Of a stretch of 64,000 nucleotides of DNA, positions 22,413 through 33,718 are shown one piece after another. Position numbers and translations under genes: made by a program. Source of the stretch: Calditrichia bacterium (GTDB lineage: Bacteria > Calditrichota > Calditrichia > JAJRVZ01). Position 1 is the stretch's first letter, and every line of letters starts with the position of its first letter. Where the stretch lies: contig CAWCNS010000005.1 of the NCBI GenBank assembly GCA_963796965.1, forward strand, positions 992,001 through 1,056,000, in the 5' to 3' direction. The notes beneath the pieces were generated by a model. The model had not been told where the DNA came from. It saw nothing but the letters and a program-made list of their open reading frames with translations, and searched no databases.

Positions 22413-23417
22413 TTAATTATCGAAAGGGAATATTTTCTTCCAATCATTTTTCATACTCACTACATGCCAGTTACCTTCTTGGGCAGCATTTAACGATTTG
22501 TTATCTTTTTCAGCATAGGCAAACTCACGTACATCATCGTCATGATTGACCAAAAACTGAAAATTGGGTAGTGTGTTTGTTTGGCTATAGGTCAGTTGTC
22601 CTATGTCACCTCCACTACGTACATTGCCTCCAACAAAGATTGGGATACGACCAATTCGCTGCTCAATTGTCGCAGGCTTAGTTCCCTTATCGTTCATAAA
22701 AAGGTTCTTTGTCCCCTTTACAATCTCCCATTTACCATCAACTTGTTCAAAAGTATTCATGGCAAAAGTACCGATTACGTTTTCGGGTACAATACCATAA
22801 ACATCATCTGCAAAAACCCGCATAAAACTGTTGCCTCCACCGGAGCAGATATAGGTTTTAAATTCATTTTTGCGTAAATATTGTAACAATTCCAGCATAG
22901 GCTGATAAATAGTCTCCGTATACTTCTTTCCGTACTTTGGATGAGAAGAAGCATTTAGAAAAGCGTTAACATCTGCATTAAATTCTTTTAAGGTCATACC
23001 TGCATGCGTAACAGTAATGAGTTTCATTAACTCTTTGCCATGATTATTTAACAGATCATTCACCAGATATTCTTTATCACCTTCCAGAACCGATTTAAAG
23101 GGTTGCTTTTCATTCCACTCGGGATGGTCAACTGCCATTTGTTTAACTTGGTATGCCGCAAACTCTAGCTGTGGAACGGGTTGTTCACACCATAATGTGC
23201 CATCATTATCAAATGTTGCAATCCTTTCCTCAGGACTCACATATTGGGCACCCCCTTCTTTAATAACACTATTTACAAATTCAATAATAGCAGTTTTTGT
23301 AGGTCCTTCATTCCAAGAAGGTAGAGGGTTTGAAACTTCACTATCGTTCGTATTACATGAGATCAATAAAAGTGTGACACAAAAACTTAGAATGAATAAA
23401 TATTTGTTTGTTTTCAT
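22413..23417 (-). CDS. HAD-family hydrolase lipoprotein (nonspecific acid phosphatase-like)
   Basis: Lipobox LIS-C; PLPSWNEG, ATFDNDGTLWCEQP, CSGG, VVSMKNDW. The true start is 23417 because the longer ORF start lies in the repeated spacer. Confidence 0.85.
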   Translation of the reverse strand: MKTNKYLFILSFCVTLLLISCNTNDSEVSNPLPSWNEGPTKTAIIEFVNSVIKEGGAQYVSPEERIATFDNDGTLWCEQPVPQLEFAAYQVKQMAVDHPEWNEKQPFKSVLEGDKEYLVNDLLNNHGKELMKLITVTHAGMTLKEFNADVNAFLNASSHPKYGKKYTETIYQPMLELLQYLRKNEFKTYICSGGGNSFMRVFADDVYGIVPENVIGTFAMNTFEQVDGKWEIVKGTKNLFMNDKGTKPATIEQRIGRIPIFVGGNVRSGGDIGQLTYSQTNTLPNFQFLVNHDDDVREFAYAEKDNKSLNAAQEGNWHVVSMKNDWKKIFPFDN

Positions 23418-23453
23418 TTTTTCATATCCCGATTCTATCTGGATGACATTACC

Positions 23454-23696
23454 GTGTTTAAAGTTCATAACGTATATATTGGAGTAATGGAGTATTGGAG
23501 TGTTGGAAAAAACGTTTGGTGATTATCTGTTGATCTTTTTGTATTCATTACTCCATTACTCCATCACTCCAATTTTCCAACCTTTAACCTTTGAAATCCT
23601 GGAAAGATTTCAGTCCCGAATATCGATCATCTAGGATAAGATCGTTTTTATCGGGAGAACTCTAAACCCTGAACGTTTAATATTATTTCACCAACT
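23454..23696. repeat. Intergenic spacer of about 240 bp, direct repeat of 25246-25482
   Basis: Near-identical sequence including the 8-mer hairpin, the GATCTTATCC element and the last codons of the upstream DUF1254 gene. Confidence 0.9.
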
Positions 23697-25227
23697 CAAT
23701 TTCACCCGGTCTCCAGGTTTTATCAAACCAGGGTTCAAGCGGACCATAAATGCGCCACAGCATATGCCAGTTTTTATCGGGAACAGTTTGTATCCAGTTT
23801 ACATCTCCTTTCGGTTTTTCATAACTGAAATAAACATCATAAGATCCATCCGCATTTTGCACAACATTTTTATCGGAACTGGTAACCCCAGGGAATGGAT
23901 AATCAGTTTGAAGTAATGATCTTGTCTGTACATCGTAAATGGTTACATCCCAGAATTGTACAGCAGGGACATTGGCTGGTATGTGTAATTTGTATTGCTT
24001 ATCTCCGGATAAATGATTGCCTTCAGAGTCGCGCATACCTTTCATGTATTGTGATCCTTTTCCAACCGGTGGAGTTACCATAGCAGGCGTGATTCCTGTC
24101 GCATAATAATGGAATCCTAATCTTTGATCGATTAAACGAACTCCATCTTTTTCAAACAAAGAGCTATTTCCAGGGAATCCTGTTTCCCAGGTCTTACTGC
24201 CAGGATAAGCTTTAAAACTCTTGTCCCGGTTTCTGTATTCATTAACACGTGAATAGGCATTCCCAACAAGGGCTGCTTCAGTTAGAATTTTTTTCATGCG
24301 TGCATCCGGTGCAAAAGTTTTCCCTTTTTCAATTCCGATGGATGCCAGGTAACCTAAAATTTCAGGGCTAAATGCTGAAGCAGGTTCTTCTTGTACGATT
24401 GCATTCACTTCTTCAAAAAACTCAAAATCGCTGGCGTGTACAGTGTTAAATGCTTTACCAGATACATTCACAAAATTTACAGATTTAGGCTGATCTCCTA
24501 ATGGATACAATTTAAAATTCTCTTTCATATTTTTTACAACAGGTTTTGGATCGAAGTTCTCCATAAACCCACGCATCACCAACCAATTTCCATAGGTAGC
24601 TGATTTTGCTACAAAATATCCATCGGGTATTTCGCCTTCATACCCCGGGGGAATTAAGAGATATTTTCCTCCTTTTCCTTGGTCAGGTCCTGCGTTTCCA
24701 TAATCGGTTACATATTGAAACCAAAAGTCATCGATCAATCCAAGGGTGTTTGGTGGTGTTTCCATTACCATGGGCCCATCTTTCAAATCAATCCACATAA
24801 AAGTGTATACAACTGTTGTATTGGGCGTAAGTAATATCACTTTAGAATCCATGCGGTCTTCCCAAATTATCATGGTTTCATTATCGGGGCCAAATTTTCG
24901 AAGGCTATTTCTAAAACCACTTAATGAAGCACCGCTTGTGGTTAAGGTAACACATTCAACTGCGCGTTGAAAATCGATTTGATCATAAAGTTTTTGAGCT
25001 GTTTCTTCTGTAGGAAAGCCGTCATCAAAAGTTAAAGTTCCGAAACGTGTTTCTACCTTATCCGGAATCAATACATTTGCCGGGATTTCGGTGGTCATCT
25101 TATACTTCTTCTGCGCTTTTGGTGTTGACGACTGCTCAACGCTGCAGCTCCAGACCCCCACCAGCACAAGCATAAATGCGGCAATCATGACGAATGCCAA
25201 TTGTTTTTTCGAAGATCTTCTCTTCAT
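23683..25227 (-). CDS. DUF1254/DUF1214 lipoprotein, paralog 4
   Basis: Lipobox VWS-C, KKYKMTT, LTPNTTVVY, GPDQGKGGKYL, WRIYGP. Confidence 0.9.
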   Translation of the reverse strand: MKRRSSKKQLAFVMIAAFMLVLVGVWSCSVEQSSTPKAQKKYKMTTEIPANVLIPDKVETRFGTLTFDDGFPTEETAQKLYDQIDFQRAVECVTLTTSGASLSGFRNSLRKFGPDNETMIIWEDRMDSKVILLTPNTTVVYTFMWIDLKDGPMVMETPPNTLGLIDDFWFQYVTDYGNAGPDQGKGGKYLLIPPGYEGEIPDGYFVAKSATYGNWLVMRGFMENFDPKPVVKNMKENFKLYPLGDQPKSVNFVNVSGKAFNTVHASDFEFFEEVNAIVQEEPASAFSPEILGYLASIGIEKGKTFAPDARMKKILTEAALVGNAYSRVNEYRNRDKSFKAYPGSKTWETGFPGNSSLFEKDGVRLIDQRLGFHYYATGITPAMVTPPVGKGSQYMKGMRDSEGNHLSGDKQYKLHIPANVPAVQFWDVTIYDVQTRSLLQTDYPFPGVTSSDKNVVQNADGSYDVYFSYEKPKGDVNWIQTVPDKNWHMLWRIYGPLEPWFDKTWRPGEIELVK

Positions 25228-25245
25228 TTTTAATTCCTCCTTTTG

Positions 25246-25482
25246 GTGTTTAAAGTTCATAACGTATATATTGGAGTAATGGAGTATTGGAGTGTTGGAA
25301 AAAACGTTTGGTGATTATCTGTTGATCTTTTTGTATTCATTACTCCATTACTCCATCACTCCAATTTTCCAACCTTTAACCTTTGAAATCCTGGAAGATT
25401 TCATCCCGATTCGATCTTAGGATAAGATCGTTTTTATCGGGAGAACTCTAAACCCTGAACGTTTAATATTATTTAACCAACT
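25246..25482. repeat. Intergenic spacer of about 240 bp, direct repeat of 23454-23696
   Basis: Direct visual alignment. Confidence 0.9.
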
Positions 25483-26992
25483 TCACATCATCCGGCTTCC
25501 AGGTCTTATTGTTGTAGGCATTCAGTCGGTCCATAGAATCGAACGACAGGAAACCAACCTTTACCTGGGATTGTTTGCAACCAAAACTTCTCTTTCCCTT
25601 TAGGTGGTTTTGGTCCAAAGTAAATATCAATCGAACCATCCGGATTTTTACCAGGCAACTCTTGGCTACCGATCATTGGAAATTGCTGATCTGTTTGTAG
25701 TTGGGAGCGCGTAGCAGGGTCGTAAATTGTAACTGACCAAAAGTCCTTTACCGGCACATTTGGGGGAATATGCAAAACATAATCTTTGCTTCCATCGAGG
25801 TATTGACCTTCTGCATCTTTATATCCAAACAAGTACTTTGAGCCAACACCTTCAGGCATTGGTGCAGCCATAGCAGGTGTAATTACAATCGCTCCATAAT
25901 GAAACAAACTTCGTGCATCCAGATTTCTATACCCATTTTTCTCAAACTCGGAACTGCCACCTATAAACACAGTTTCCCATTGTCGGTCCGAATATTCTTT
26001 TACATCTGGATCTCTGCTGTCAAAAGTGTTGGTTCTGGCCATGGCTACAGCGAGTTTTGCTGCCTGCTCGAAAATATGCTGCATGCGGGCATCCGGATTA
26101 AAAGGCTTGCCTTTCTCAATCCCTAAGGAAGCCAATCTTCCCAATAGTTCTTTGTTTACAAAATCAACTGGTTCATAGCTGATAATTTCATGCAGCCATC
26201 TAAAGGCTTCCCCATCTTCGGGTGCAAGTGAATTGAGGGGTATGCCGCTGATATTTGTATACGTCCCTTTGCGCCCGGGATCTTTAAGTGGATATACTTT
26301 GAGTTTACTATAGTAATCCATCGCTTCTTGTCCTTCTCCCGGATTGGCTCTAAATAGCCCCCAAAGGCGATAAGACGACGATTTAGCAACAAAATAACCT
26401 TTAGGAATTTTACCTTCATAACCAGGAGGAAGCAGTAAGTATTTACCTCCTTTACCTTTGTCCTGACCTGTAGCGCCAAAATCAACCACAAATCTAAAAT
26501 AGGCATCATCCAAAGGGCCCATTACCCCTGCAGGAACTTCAATCACAAGAGGACCATCTTTTTTCAAATCGAGGGTTAACATGGCATAAATGCTATTGGC
26601 ATTTCCTGTCAGCCAAAGCGGTTCAGAATCCATTCTGTTGGCAAATACCAATACATCCGATGAGTTGGTGGCACCATAATCACGTACTTGCGCCTTCAAG
26701 ATACCATGTATCGACAAGGCAGGAATGAAATCATAGTAAGCTTGTGTAGCTCGTTGCAGATCCATTTGATACTGCACTTTTTCAATTGTTTCTGGTGTTG
26801 GGTATCCACCACCTTTAAATTCCAATGTTCCAAAATCGGTGTAAATTCTGGATGGGGCAGGCACAAAATCTTCTGATGATTGCTTTGCTTTCCCTTTTTC
26901 CAGTTCATAGATTGTTTTATCCTCCTGTGCTTGCACAGTTACCATAAAGCTGGTTAGTAACAAACAGACCAAAATATTTCATTTTATTTCAT
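25469..26992 (-). CDS. DUF1254/DUF1214 exported protein, paralog 5 (frameshifts at both termini)
   Basis: Core ORF 25506-26972; the C-terminus KTWKPDDVKLVK* continues in another frame to 25469. Confidence 0.85.
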
Positions 26993-27016
26993 TTTACTTT
27001 TCCTATAGTTAATATT

Positions 27017-28498
27017 CTATTTTTTAAACTTAGTCATGCTGAATGCTGGTGGATTGGGATATTTTTCCAGTGACTTCTGGTATTCGCCAACAATCTTCAT
27101 ATACGGTCCGAGCACAAAGGCAGAGACTGCAACCTGGTTCCATTGTTCCCGTGGATCACGGGCAATGTTGTAGATAGAAGGATACCCCATCCCCTCGGCA
27201 CGATAGGCGCCCACGCCCATGAGGGACGGGTTGCCAGCAGATGCAACGAATTGCTTTGGATAAATCCGCCACTGCTTCCAGCGCACTGCAGCAACCTCGC
27301 CTTCCATGAACGTGATCAGGCTTTCGCGCGCTGACTGCTTGTTTTTGCCTAGGAAGAAATCACCCTGATCGACGCCATCAATGGCACGGTCAGTTGGTAC
27401 TTTGGCCCCGATAATGTTGGCCAATGTAGGGTAGAAGTCGTGGATAGCTACCATCTCGTTGCTCTTTGCCGGTTTGATCTTTGCTGGCCATTTGATCATG
27501 CCCGGAACGCGCAGTGAACCCTCAAGTGCATCACCAACCTCTCCACGGAACGGTCCGGCTGAACTGCCTAAGAAATCGTTGTTGGACCCCTGGGTTGTAG
27601 CCGGCCCATTGTCGGAAAGCCATATGACGATAGTGTTGTCTTCAATGCCGGCCTCCTTTATGGCGTCAAGCACCTGTCCTGTACGGTAGTCAAGTTCCAT
27701 CACTGCATCACCAAAAAGCCCGGCACTCGATTTCCCTTCAAAGTCGGGATGAGGCAAGGCCGGATAATGTACATGTGACCATCCCACATAAAGAAAGAAT
27801 GGTTCCTTTTCTTTTGCCTGTTCTTTGATGTACTTCACGGAGGCTTCCGCTATGTCACCTTCGATATGCCGCCTGTATTCAAGATCGTAGGGACGGACCT
27901 TTTTCAACACATCCTTCCCGGGTTCTGATTCCCAGATAGCGGTTTGCGATTTGGCAATTGCTTCTTCCGAAAAACCGCTTCTACGCATACCATCCGGATA
28001 CAATACACCGTCGGTGGTTTGTAAAATCCCAACATGCCATTCATCAAAGCCCTGGTTAATGGGCAGACTTTGCTTTTCTTCACCCAGATGCCATTTACCC
28101 GTCATGGCAGTGGCGTAGCCTTTTGATTTGAACAGTTCGGCCAGCGTCACCTCACTATCCTGAAGTGTGCTGGGTGTACCGGCAATAATAATACTTCCCA
28201 ATCCTGCACGTTGAGAATATCTGCCTGTCAGCAAAGCCGCGCGGGTCGGTGTACAGCCCGGCTCCACGAAAAACTGAGTGAGCATCATCCCTTCGCTTGC
28301 CAGTTGATCAATGCGCGGCGTGGGCATACCACGAAGTTCACCACCGCTGCCATAGCATCCTAAATCACCGTAGCCCATGTTGTCTGACAGCATAAGCACC
28401 ACATTGGGTTTACTACTTTGCTGTGCTTGCATTGGAATAGCGATTCCGATAATAAACAAGCAAACTAATCCTATACTTAATCTTTTTTGTGTTTTCAT
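27017..28498 (-). CDS. Cys-type arylsulfatase family protein
   Basis: KPNVVLMLSDNMGYGD, signature CTPTRAALLTGR, GKWHLG, SDNG; signal peptide. Confidence 0.92.
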   Translation of the reverse strand: MKTQKRLSIGLVCLFIIGIAIPMQAQQSSKPNVVLMLSDNMGYGDLGCYGSGGELRGMPTPRIDQLASEGMMLTQFFVEPGCTPTRAALLTGRYSQRAGLGSIIIAGTPSTLQDSEVTLAELFKSKGYATAMTGKWHLGEEKQSLPINQGFDEWHVGILQTTDGVLYPDGMRRSGFSEEAIAKSQTAIWESEPGKDVLKKVRPYDLEYRRHIEGDIAEASVKYIKEQAKEKEPFFLYVGWSHVHYPALPHPDFEGKSSAGLFGDAVMELDYRTGQVLDAIKEAGIEDNTIVIWLSDNGPATTQGSNNDFLGSSAGPFRGEVGDALEGSLRVPGMIKWPAKIKPAKSNEMVAIHDFYPTLANIIGAKVPTDRAIDGVDQGDFFLGKNKQSARESLITFMEGEVAAVRWKQWRIYPKQFVASAGNPSLMGVGAYRAEGMGYPSIYNIARDPREQWNQVAVSAFVLGPYMKIVGEYQKSLEKYPNPPAFSMTKFKK

Positions 28499-28665
28499 AT
28501 TAATTTCTCTTTTTAGTGTTTAATATTCATAACTTATATATTGGAGTAATGGAGTATTGGAGTGTTGGGAAGAACATACGTTGCATCTCTGCAAATTTTA
28601 TAGATATCTTCACCACATTACTCCACTACTCCAAAACGCCATTAAAACAATCACATAGACAGTTA
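28494..28665. repeat. Stop-to-start intergenic spacer, direct repeat of 30175-30346
   Basis: Near-identical 170 bp spanning the RBS, the 8-mer hairpin and the upstream stop codon. Confidence 0.9.
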
Positions 28666-30179
28666 TTTAACCAACTCAATCTCACCGACTCGCCAGGTCT
28701 GGTCCAGCCAGGGCTGAAGCGGGCCGTACACACGCCAGGCAACGAACCAGGCCTTGCCCGGAATCGTCTGCAGCCAGTTGCTTTCTTGTCCTTTAGGTGG
28801 CTTGGGTGAGAAATAGACGTCGATCGAGCCATCGGCGTTCTTCTTCATGCCTTCCTTATAGCTGTCCAGGGTCGGGAACTGCTGATCAGTTTGCAACTGA
28901 CAACGGGTCTGTGTGTCGTACATGGTCAATGCCCAGAAATCTTTCACAGGGATGTTCGGGGGCAAGTGCAATTTGTAGGTTTTTGAGCCGTCCAGCGGAC
29001 GACCTTTAGAATCCACCATGCCCATGGAATAATCGGAACCTTTGCCGGCCGCCTTGCTCGACATAGCCGGAGATACGCAGATGTAACCAAAGTGGTAGAA
29101 CACCCGTCCATCGAGAACGCGCGCGCCCTTGTCCATATAAATGGTGCTTCCACCAATAATGGGCTGGTACCATCCGCTGTTCTTGCCGTAGGTATAGAGG
29201 CCAGGGTGCCGTGGTGAGAAGCTGATGGCACGGGCTGCAGTGTTACCGATGGCAGCGGCGTCAACCAGAATATCGGTCATCCTTTTATCTGTCGGGAAGG
29301 GTTTGTCCTTCTCAATGCCAATGGAAGCCAACTGACCGCTGATCTCAGCACCAAGAAAGCCTGCCGGTTCTTCCTGAAGGATGGCGTGAACATTCTTAAA
29401 GAGGGAAAAATCATTCGGCAGAACAGTTTGGATCTCTTTACCCGTGCCATTGATGAATTCCATTTTCGGCTGATTATCCTTTTTGCAAAGGATACACTTT
29501 CAGATTGTTCCTGAATTTTTTCGAAGCCGCCTCGATACCTTTATCAAGATAGCCCCGCATGAAATAGCCAGGCACCATAAGTGTTTGACTGCACAACATA
29601 ATACCCGGCTGGCACAGTACCTTTATAATCAGGTGGGAAACCAGGAAACTGGCCGCCTTTGCCCTTGTCCGGACCTGCCATACCTAGATCGGTCATATAG
29701 AGGAACGCCATATCGTCCAGAATACCCAGCATGCGAGGAGGAAGGTCAACGACTGATGGACCGTCTTTTTTAAGTCCAGCCAGCCCATCGCGTACATGGT
29801 TGATGTGTTTGCTGTTAGCCAGAGCGCTTTTGAATCCAAAGATTATCGTAGATCAATGATCTTATGTACTGCATCATACCCCGAATTCCCGGTTACCTTC
29901 CCGAATCCCGTACATCGACATGACCGGGATGCAGTTAAGGAAAGATTCAACTGCACGGGAGCGATCGAGATAATCATACACTTTATCGACCGAAGCTTCA
30001 TCAGGCACGCCGTCAAAGAATTTCATAGTGCCAATAGAGGTTTTCAACTTGTCCGGGGCTTTGATAGATGCCGGAGTGTCGGTGGTCATTTTATACTTTT
30101 TCTGCGCATAAACACTTGTCATTAAACCCGTTAATAATATCAGGGAAATAACCAGTGTTAATATTTGTTTAACTTTCAT
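28663..30179 (-). CDS. DUF1254/DUF1214 exported protein, paralog 6 (several frameshifts)
   Basis: Fragments 29874-30179 (KKYKMTT), 29544-29732 (GPDKGKGG) and 28663-29463 (FWALTMYDTQTR, WRVYGP). Confidence 0.8.
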
Positions 30180-30346
30180 TTTAATTTCTCCTTTTGGTGT
30201 TTAAAGTTCATAACTTATATATTGGAGTAATGGAGTATTGGCGTGTTGGGAAGAACATATGTTGCATCTCTGCAAATTTTATAGATATCTTCACCACATT
30301 ACTCCACTACTCCAAAACTCCATTAAAACAATCACATAGACTGTTA
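30175..30346. repeat. Stop-to-start intergenic spacer, direct repeat of 28494-28665
   Basis: Direct visual alignment. Confidence 0.9.
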
Positions 30347-31864
30347 ATTCACTTTAACAATCTCACCCTGTCTCCATCCTTTGTCGTACCAGACCTGGGT
30401 TGGGCTATAAACTCTCCAAAGTACATTCCAACCTTTATTAGGTATGGTTTGCACCCAGTTTACATTACCTTCTGGTTTTTCTGGGCCAAAATATACGTCC
30501 CATGTACCATCCGCATTAGTAACAAGGTTCTCCTGAATGCTGGTAACTCCAGGTAAGCGCTGATCGGTTTGCAACATGCAACGTGTTTGGTTATCGTATA
30601 CGGTAATTTCCCAAAAGCGTTTAACAGGCGGGTTGGCAGGAACATGTAGTTTATACGTATTAGATCCATCTAAGATTTCGCCGTCAGAATCGCGTAAACC
30701 AATTACATACTGCGAACCTGCACCTACAGGTGGTTTTACCATTACAGGCGTAATACCGGTTGCATAATAATGGAAACGTGTACGCTCATTGATTAAACGA
30801 ACACCATGGTTATCAAAGGCATGGCTACCACCGGCAAAACCAAGTTCCCAACTTTTACTTCCAGGCCAAATCACAACATTATCGTTACGATTGCGCCAGA
30901 TTATGGAACGCTGAGTAGCGGTACCGACAACAGCTGCTTCGCTTAATATTTTAGTCATTCTGGCATCTGGCTTAAACTCTTTCCCTTTTTCGATGCCAAT
31001 TGAAGCAAGCATTCCCAATACTTCAGGATCAAATGCTTCGTTATTTTCTTCTTGAACCACTTCATTCACTTCGTGGAAAAATGTAATATCTTGTGCATGT
31101 AAAGTATTGAGGTATTTGTTCGATACATCATAATACTTAACAGGCTTTGGATTTGCTTTTTCAGCTAAAGGATATACCTTAAGATTATCTTTTATGTTTT
31201 TAACAACAGCTGCGTTGTCATCGCCTTTAGGGAAGCCTCTTAGCGCAAACCAGTTACCATAGGTATTTGATTTTCTAACCAAATAGCCTTCAGGAATTTC
31301 GCCTTCATAGTTTGGAGGAAGTATCAGGTATTTACCACCTTTTCCACGGTCTTCGCCAGCATTTCCTATATCAGTTACATAGTGAAACCAGAAGTCATCC
31401 AGAATGGCTAATACATTTGATGGGTTCTCCAACACAACAGGACCATTTTTGGTATCAATCCACATGAATAGGTAAATCACGGTTGTATTACCTGTTAATA
31501 AGAGTCCCTTGGAATCCAGGCGGGATTCCCAAATAATGGCTGTTTCATTATCAGGGCCAAACTCCCTTATCCCTCTACGAAATCCAGCCAAAGAGGCTGC
31601 AGGAGTGGTCATGATCATACATTCCACAGCTCGCGAAAAATCCTGATTATCCCAGATTAGCTGGGAGGTTTTAGCAGTGGGCACACCATCAAAAAATTCT
31701 AGAGTTCCCAAACGTGTTTCTACCTTATCCGGAATTAAAACATTTTCCGGAATCTGGGTAGTCATTTTGTACTTTTTTACCGGTTTCTGCGATTGCGAAT
31801 TATCACAACCGATAACCAGCAGCAACATTGCTGTCATTAAGGTGATGGTTAATAAAGTTTTCAT
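30344..31864 (-). CDS. DUF1254/DUF1214 lipoprotein, paralog 7
   Basis: Lipobox VIG-C, KKYKMTT, LTGNTTVIY, FHYYATGITP; closest in sequence to paralog 4. Confidence 0.9.
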   Translation of the reverse strand: MKTLLTITLMTAMLLLVIGCDNSQSQKPVKKYKMTTQIPENVLIPDKVETRLGTLEFFDGVPTAKTSQLIWDNQDFSRAVECMIMTTPAASLAGFRRGIREFGPDNETAIIWESRLDSKGLLLTGNTTVIYLFMWIDTKNGPVVLENPSNVLAILDDFWFHYVTDIGNAGEDRGKGGKYLILPPNYEGEIPEGYLVRKSNTYGNWFALRGFPKGDDNAAVVKNIKDNLKVYPLAEKANPKPVKYYDVSNKYLNTLHAQDITFFHEVNEVVQEENNEAFDPEVLGMLASIGIEKGKEFKPDARMTKILSEAAVVGTATQRSIIWRNRNDNVVIWPGSKSWELGFAGGSHAFDNHGVRLINERTRFHYYATGITPVMVKPPVGAGSQYVIGLRDSDGEILDGSNTYKLHVPANPPVKRFWEITVYDNQTRCMLQTDQRLPGVTSIQENLVTNADGTWDVYFGPEKPEGNVNWVQTIPNKGWNVLWRVYSPTQVWYDKGWRQGEIVKVN

Positions 31865-32075
31865 TTTTGTTTCTCCTTGTTTATAATTCTATAGTTCTAA
31901 ATTCAATAGAGTTCAGAGTTCAAAGTTAGTCCTGAAAGTTTTGAAGTGTATTGGTAATGAACTTGTTAGATCTATCCTTGAACTTTTGACAATTCATTGG
32001 ACTCCATTACTGAATTCATTCCGATTCAATCTTAGGATAAGATCGTTTTGAACCGGCGAACCCTGAACCCTTTAG

Positions 32076-32870
32076 TTATTTCGGCAGCAGGATCTGTACC
32101 TGCACCCGTGTGGACCAATCCGGACCCATCTCCGGTTTAACCACATTGTAAAACGCCCCGGCCTGAATATTGATCGGCAATCCCTTGCTTCCAACCCGGA
32201 GAAGTTTGCCGACCGTACCACCCAATGGAACGATCCACTTATTTCCACTGGTCGCTATCCAGTTTGCAGTAATGATCGGTGAAAAACTCAGATACCATCC
32301 GGTTTTGCCGAAATTATAATTAATAAAAGGTTGGAATAGCATCTTATTAACTTCCTGACGGTTCTCTTTTCCGGCAAAGCCCCATATGTTATTAAATAGA
32401 AAACCGGTCACCCATTGGCCGGGCATGACCAGGACGATCACTGATGGTCCAATGCCCCATCTCTGACTGCCGCGGGTTTCACCGCCCGTCGGAAAAAGTA
32501 TAACCGGTCCAACACCCCAGGTAACACCATCAGTTTCCGGCGCATAAAAGGCAGTAAACGTAATATCACCCAGACCGGTACTCGTCTCATCTTCGGTCGT
32601 GATATCCGGCTGCCAGACAATGGGAATAATGGTCCGGGTGATAAGCCGTCCATCATAAAATGGCAGCACAGGCTGGATATTCAGAACATTCTGGGTGCGG
32701 TCAAACTGACCAAGATTATATACGGTATTGTTCTGAAAGGGAAAACTCATCATATTGGCAATCGGATTCTGTGACGCCTTGGCCAGTTCGGCAGTGGATT
32801 TCTCCTGTGCCTGCAGTAATGCCCCCGGCACCAGCGCCAGAGCAATGATGAGGATTAAAAATGTTCTCAT
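32076..32870 (-). CDS. Outer-membrane barrel/transporter (family often mislabelled neuromedin U)
   Basis: Signal peptide; ELAKASQNPIA, LNIQPVLP, GLGDI, WGVGP, QPFINYN. Confidence 0.7.
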   Translation of the reverse strand: MRTFLILIIALALVPGALLQAQEKSTAELAKASQNPIANMMSFPFQNNTVYNLGQFDRTQNVLNIQPVLPFYDGRLITRTIIPIVWQPDITTEDETSTGLGDITFTAFYAPETDGVTWGVGPVILFPTGGETRGSQRWGIGPSVIVLVMPGQWVTGFLFNNIWGFAGKENRQEVNKMLFQPFINYNFGKTGWYLSFSPIITANWIATSGNKWIVPLGGTVGKLLRVGSKGLPINIQAGAFYNVVKPEMGPDWSTRVQVQILLPK

Positions 32871-33069
32871 GGTAAATTCCTCCATATTTTAAGTTTAGTT
32901 AGTTGTTTTGTCATGATATAAACCCTCCCTTTTGTTTGTTAATTTTAATACTGGAGTACTGGAGTAAGTTGGAGTAATGTGAGAAATAATAGTCTTGGTC
33001 AGCATGATTATCTGTTCAATACTCCATACTTCAATATCCAGTTCATAACTCCATCACTCCAATACTCCA

Positions 33070-33339
33070 TTATTTATCTTCCTCACTCTTCACCATATCA
33101 AGTGAAAGGATGGTAAAATGCATATCATAGAGTGTATTCAATAGACCGGATAGCGCTGCCTGGTCCGGCAAAAAACCGGTCAGTGTAGAAACATATTTAC
33201 TATCTCCCAGATGCTTAACTTCTACTGACATATCATAAAAGCGGTCTACCCATGATTGATCCAATTTTCCCTGAATTTTAATTCGGTAACATACACGCTG
33301 GTCAAAACCAGGAATTTTTTTAGTGGTTGTATTATTCAT
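33070..33339 (-). CDS. Small conserved protein, copy 2
   Basis: YRIKIQGKLDQSW..STLTGFLPDQAALSGLLNTLYDMH. Start 33339 is preferred because the longer ORF overlaps the promoter. Confidence 0.75.
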   Translation of the reverse strand: MNNTTTKKIPGFDQRVCYRIKIQGKLDQSWVDRFYDMSVEVKHLGDSKYVSTLTGFLPDQAALSGLLNTLYDMHFTILSLDMVKSEEDK

Positions 33340-33389
33340 TTTTATGCATCTGGAAGAATTTATAGTTTTGAGATAAATGATCTGGTTAC

Positions 33390-33456
33390 AACTTACGGTA
33401 TACAATCAAGTGGGAAACACCCAAAAGTAGTAGAAAGAGTTGTAAAAAAGTTGTAG
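33390..33456 (-). promoter_or_regulatory. TACAACT triple-box operator plus -10 (site 3), between MalT-like gene 2 and the small gene
   Basis: AGTAGTA at 33426, AGTTGTA at 33438 and 33449; minus-strand TAAGTT at 33390-33395. Confidence 0.6.
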
Positions 33457-33617
33457 TTTAGCTGTTTAAGGTTGGAGTGATGCGAAAACATGTAATTAGT
33501 AATTAGGAATTAGGGATTGGGAATTGGTTTGGCATTTGGCATTGAATTAACATTTCTGTCATTCCGATGGAATCTTCCTACTTGCCGGCAATCAGGAATA
33601 TTCCTATCCCGAACGGG

Positions 33618-33697
33618 ATCGAGGATCCGGTATCTGTCTCACATCCCCCTTACCCCCTTTCAAAGGGGGAATAAATCGTGCCAAAAACTTCAATGCT
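33618..33697. repeat. CATCCCCCT..CCCCCTTT..AAGGGGGAA-AAATCGTGCCAAAAACTTCA element
   Basis: Direct copies at about 36690-36767 and 62210-62261. Confidence 0.8.
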
Positions 33698-33718
33698 ACC
33701 AGCTCCAATTCCAAATCC

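Noticed and set aside
23417..23468. Shared MNFKH N-terminus of ORFs 22413-23468 and 23683-25260
   Set aside because: It derives from the duplicated spacer; the true starts with RBS and lipoprotein signals are at 23417 and 25227.
23454..30346. CRISPR array or integron attC array
   Set aside because: The repeats are 100-240 bp or period-7/8 arrays separated by whole genes. There are no constant 23-47 bp repeats with unique spacers, no cas or intI gene, and no convincing attC core-site pairs.
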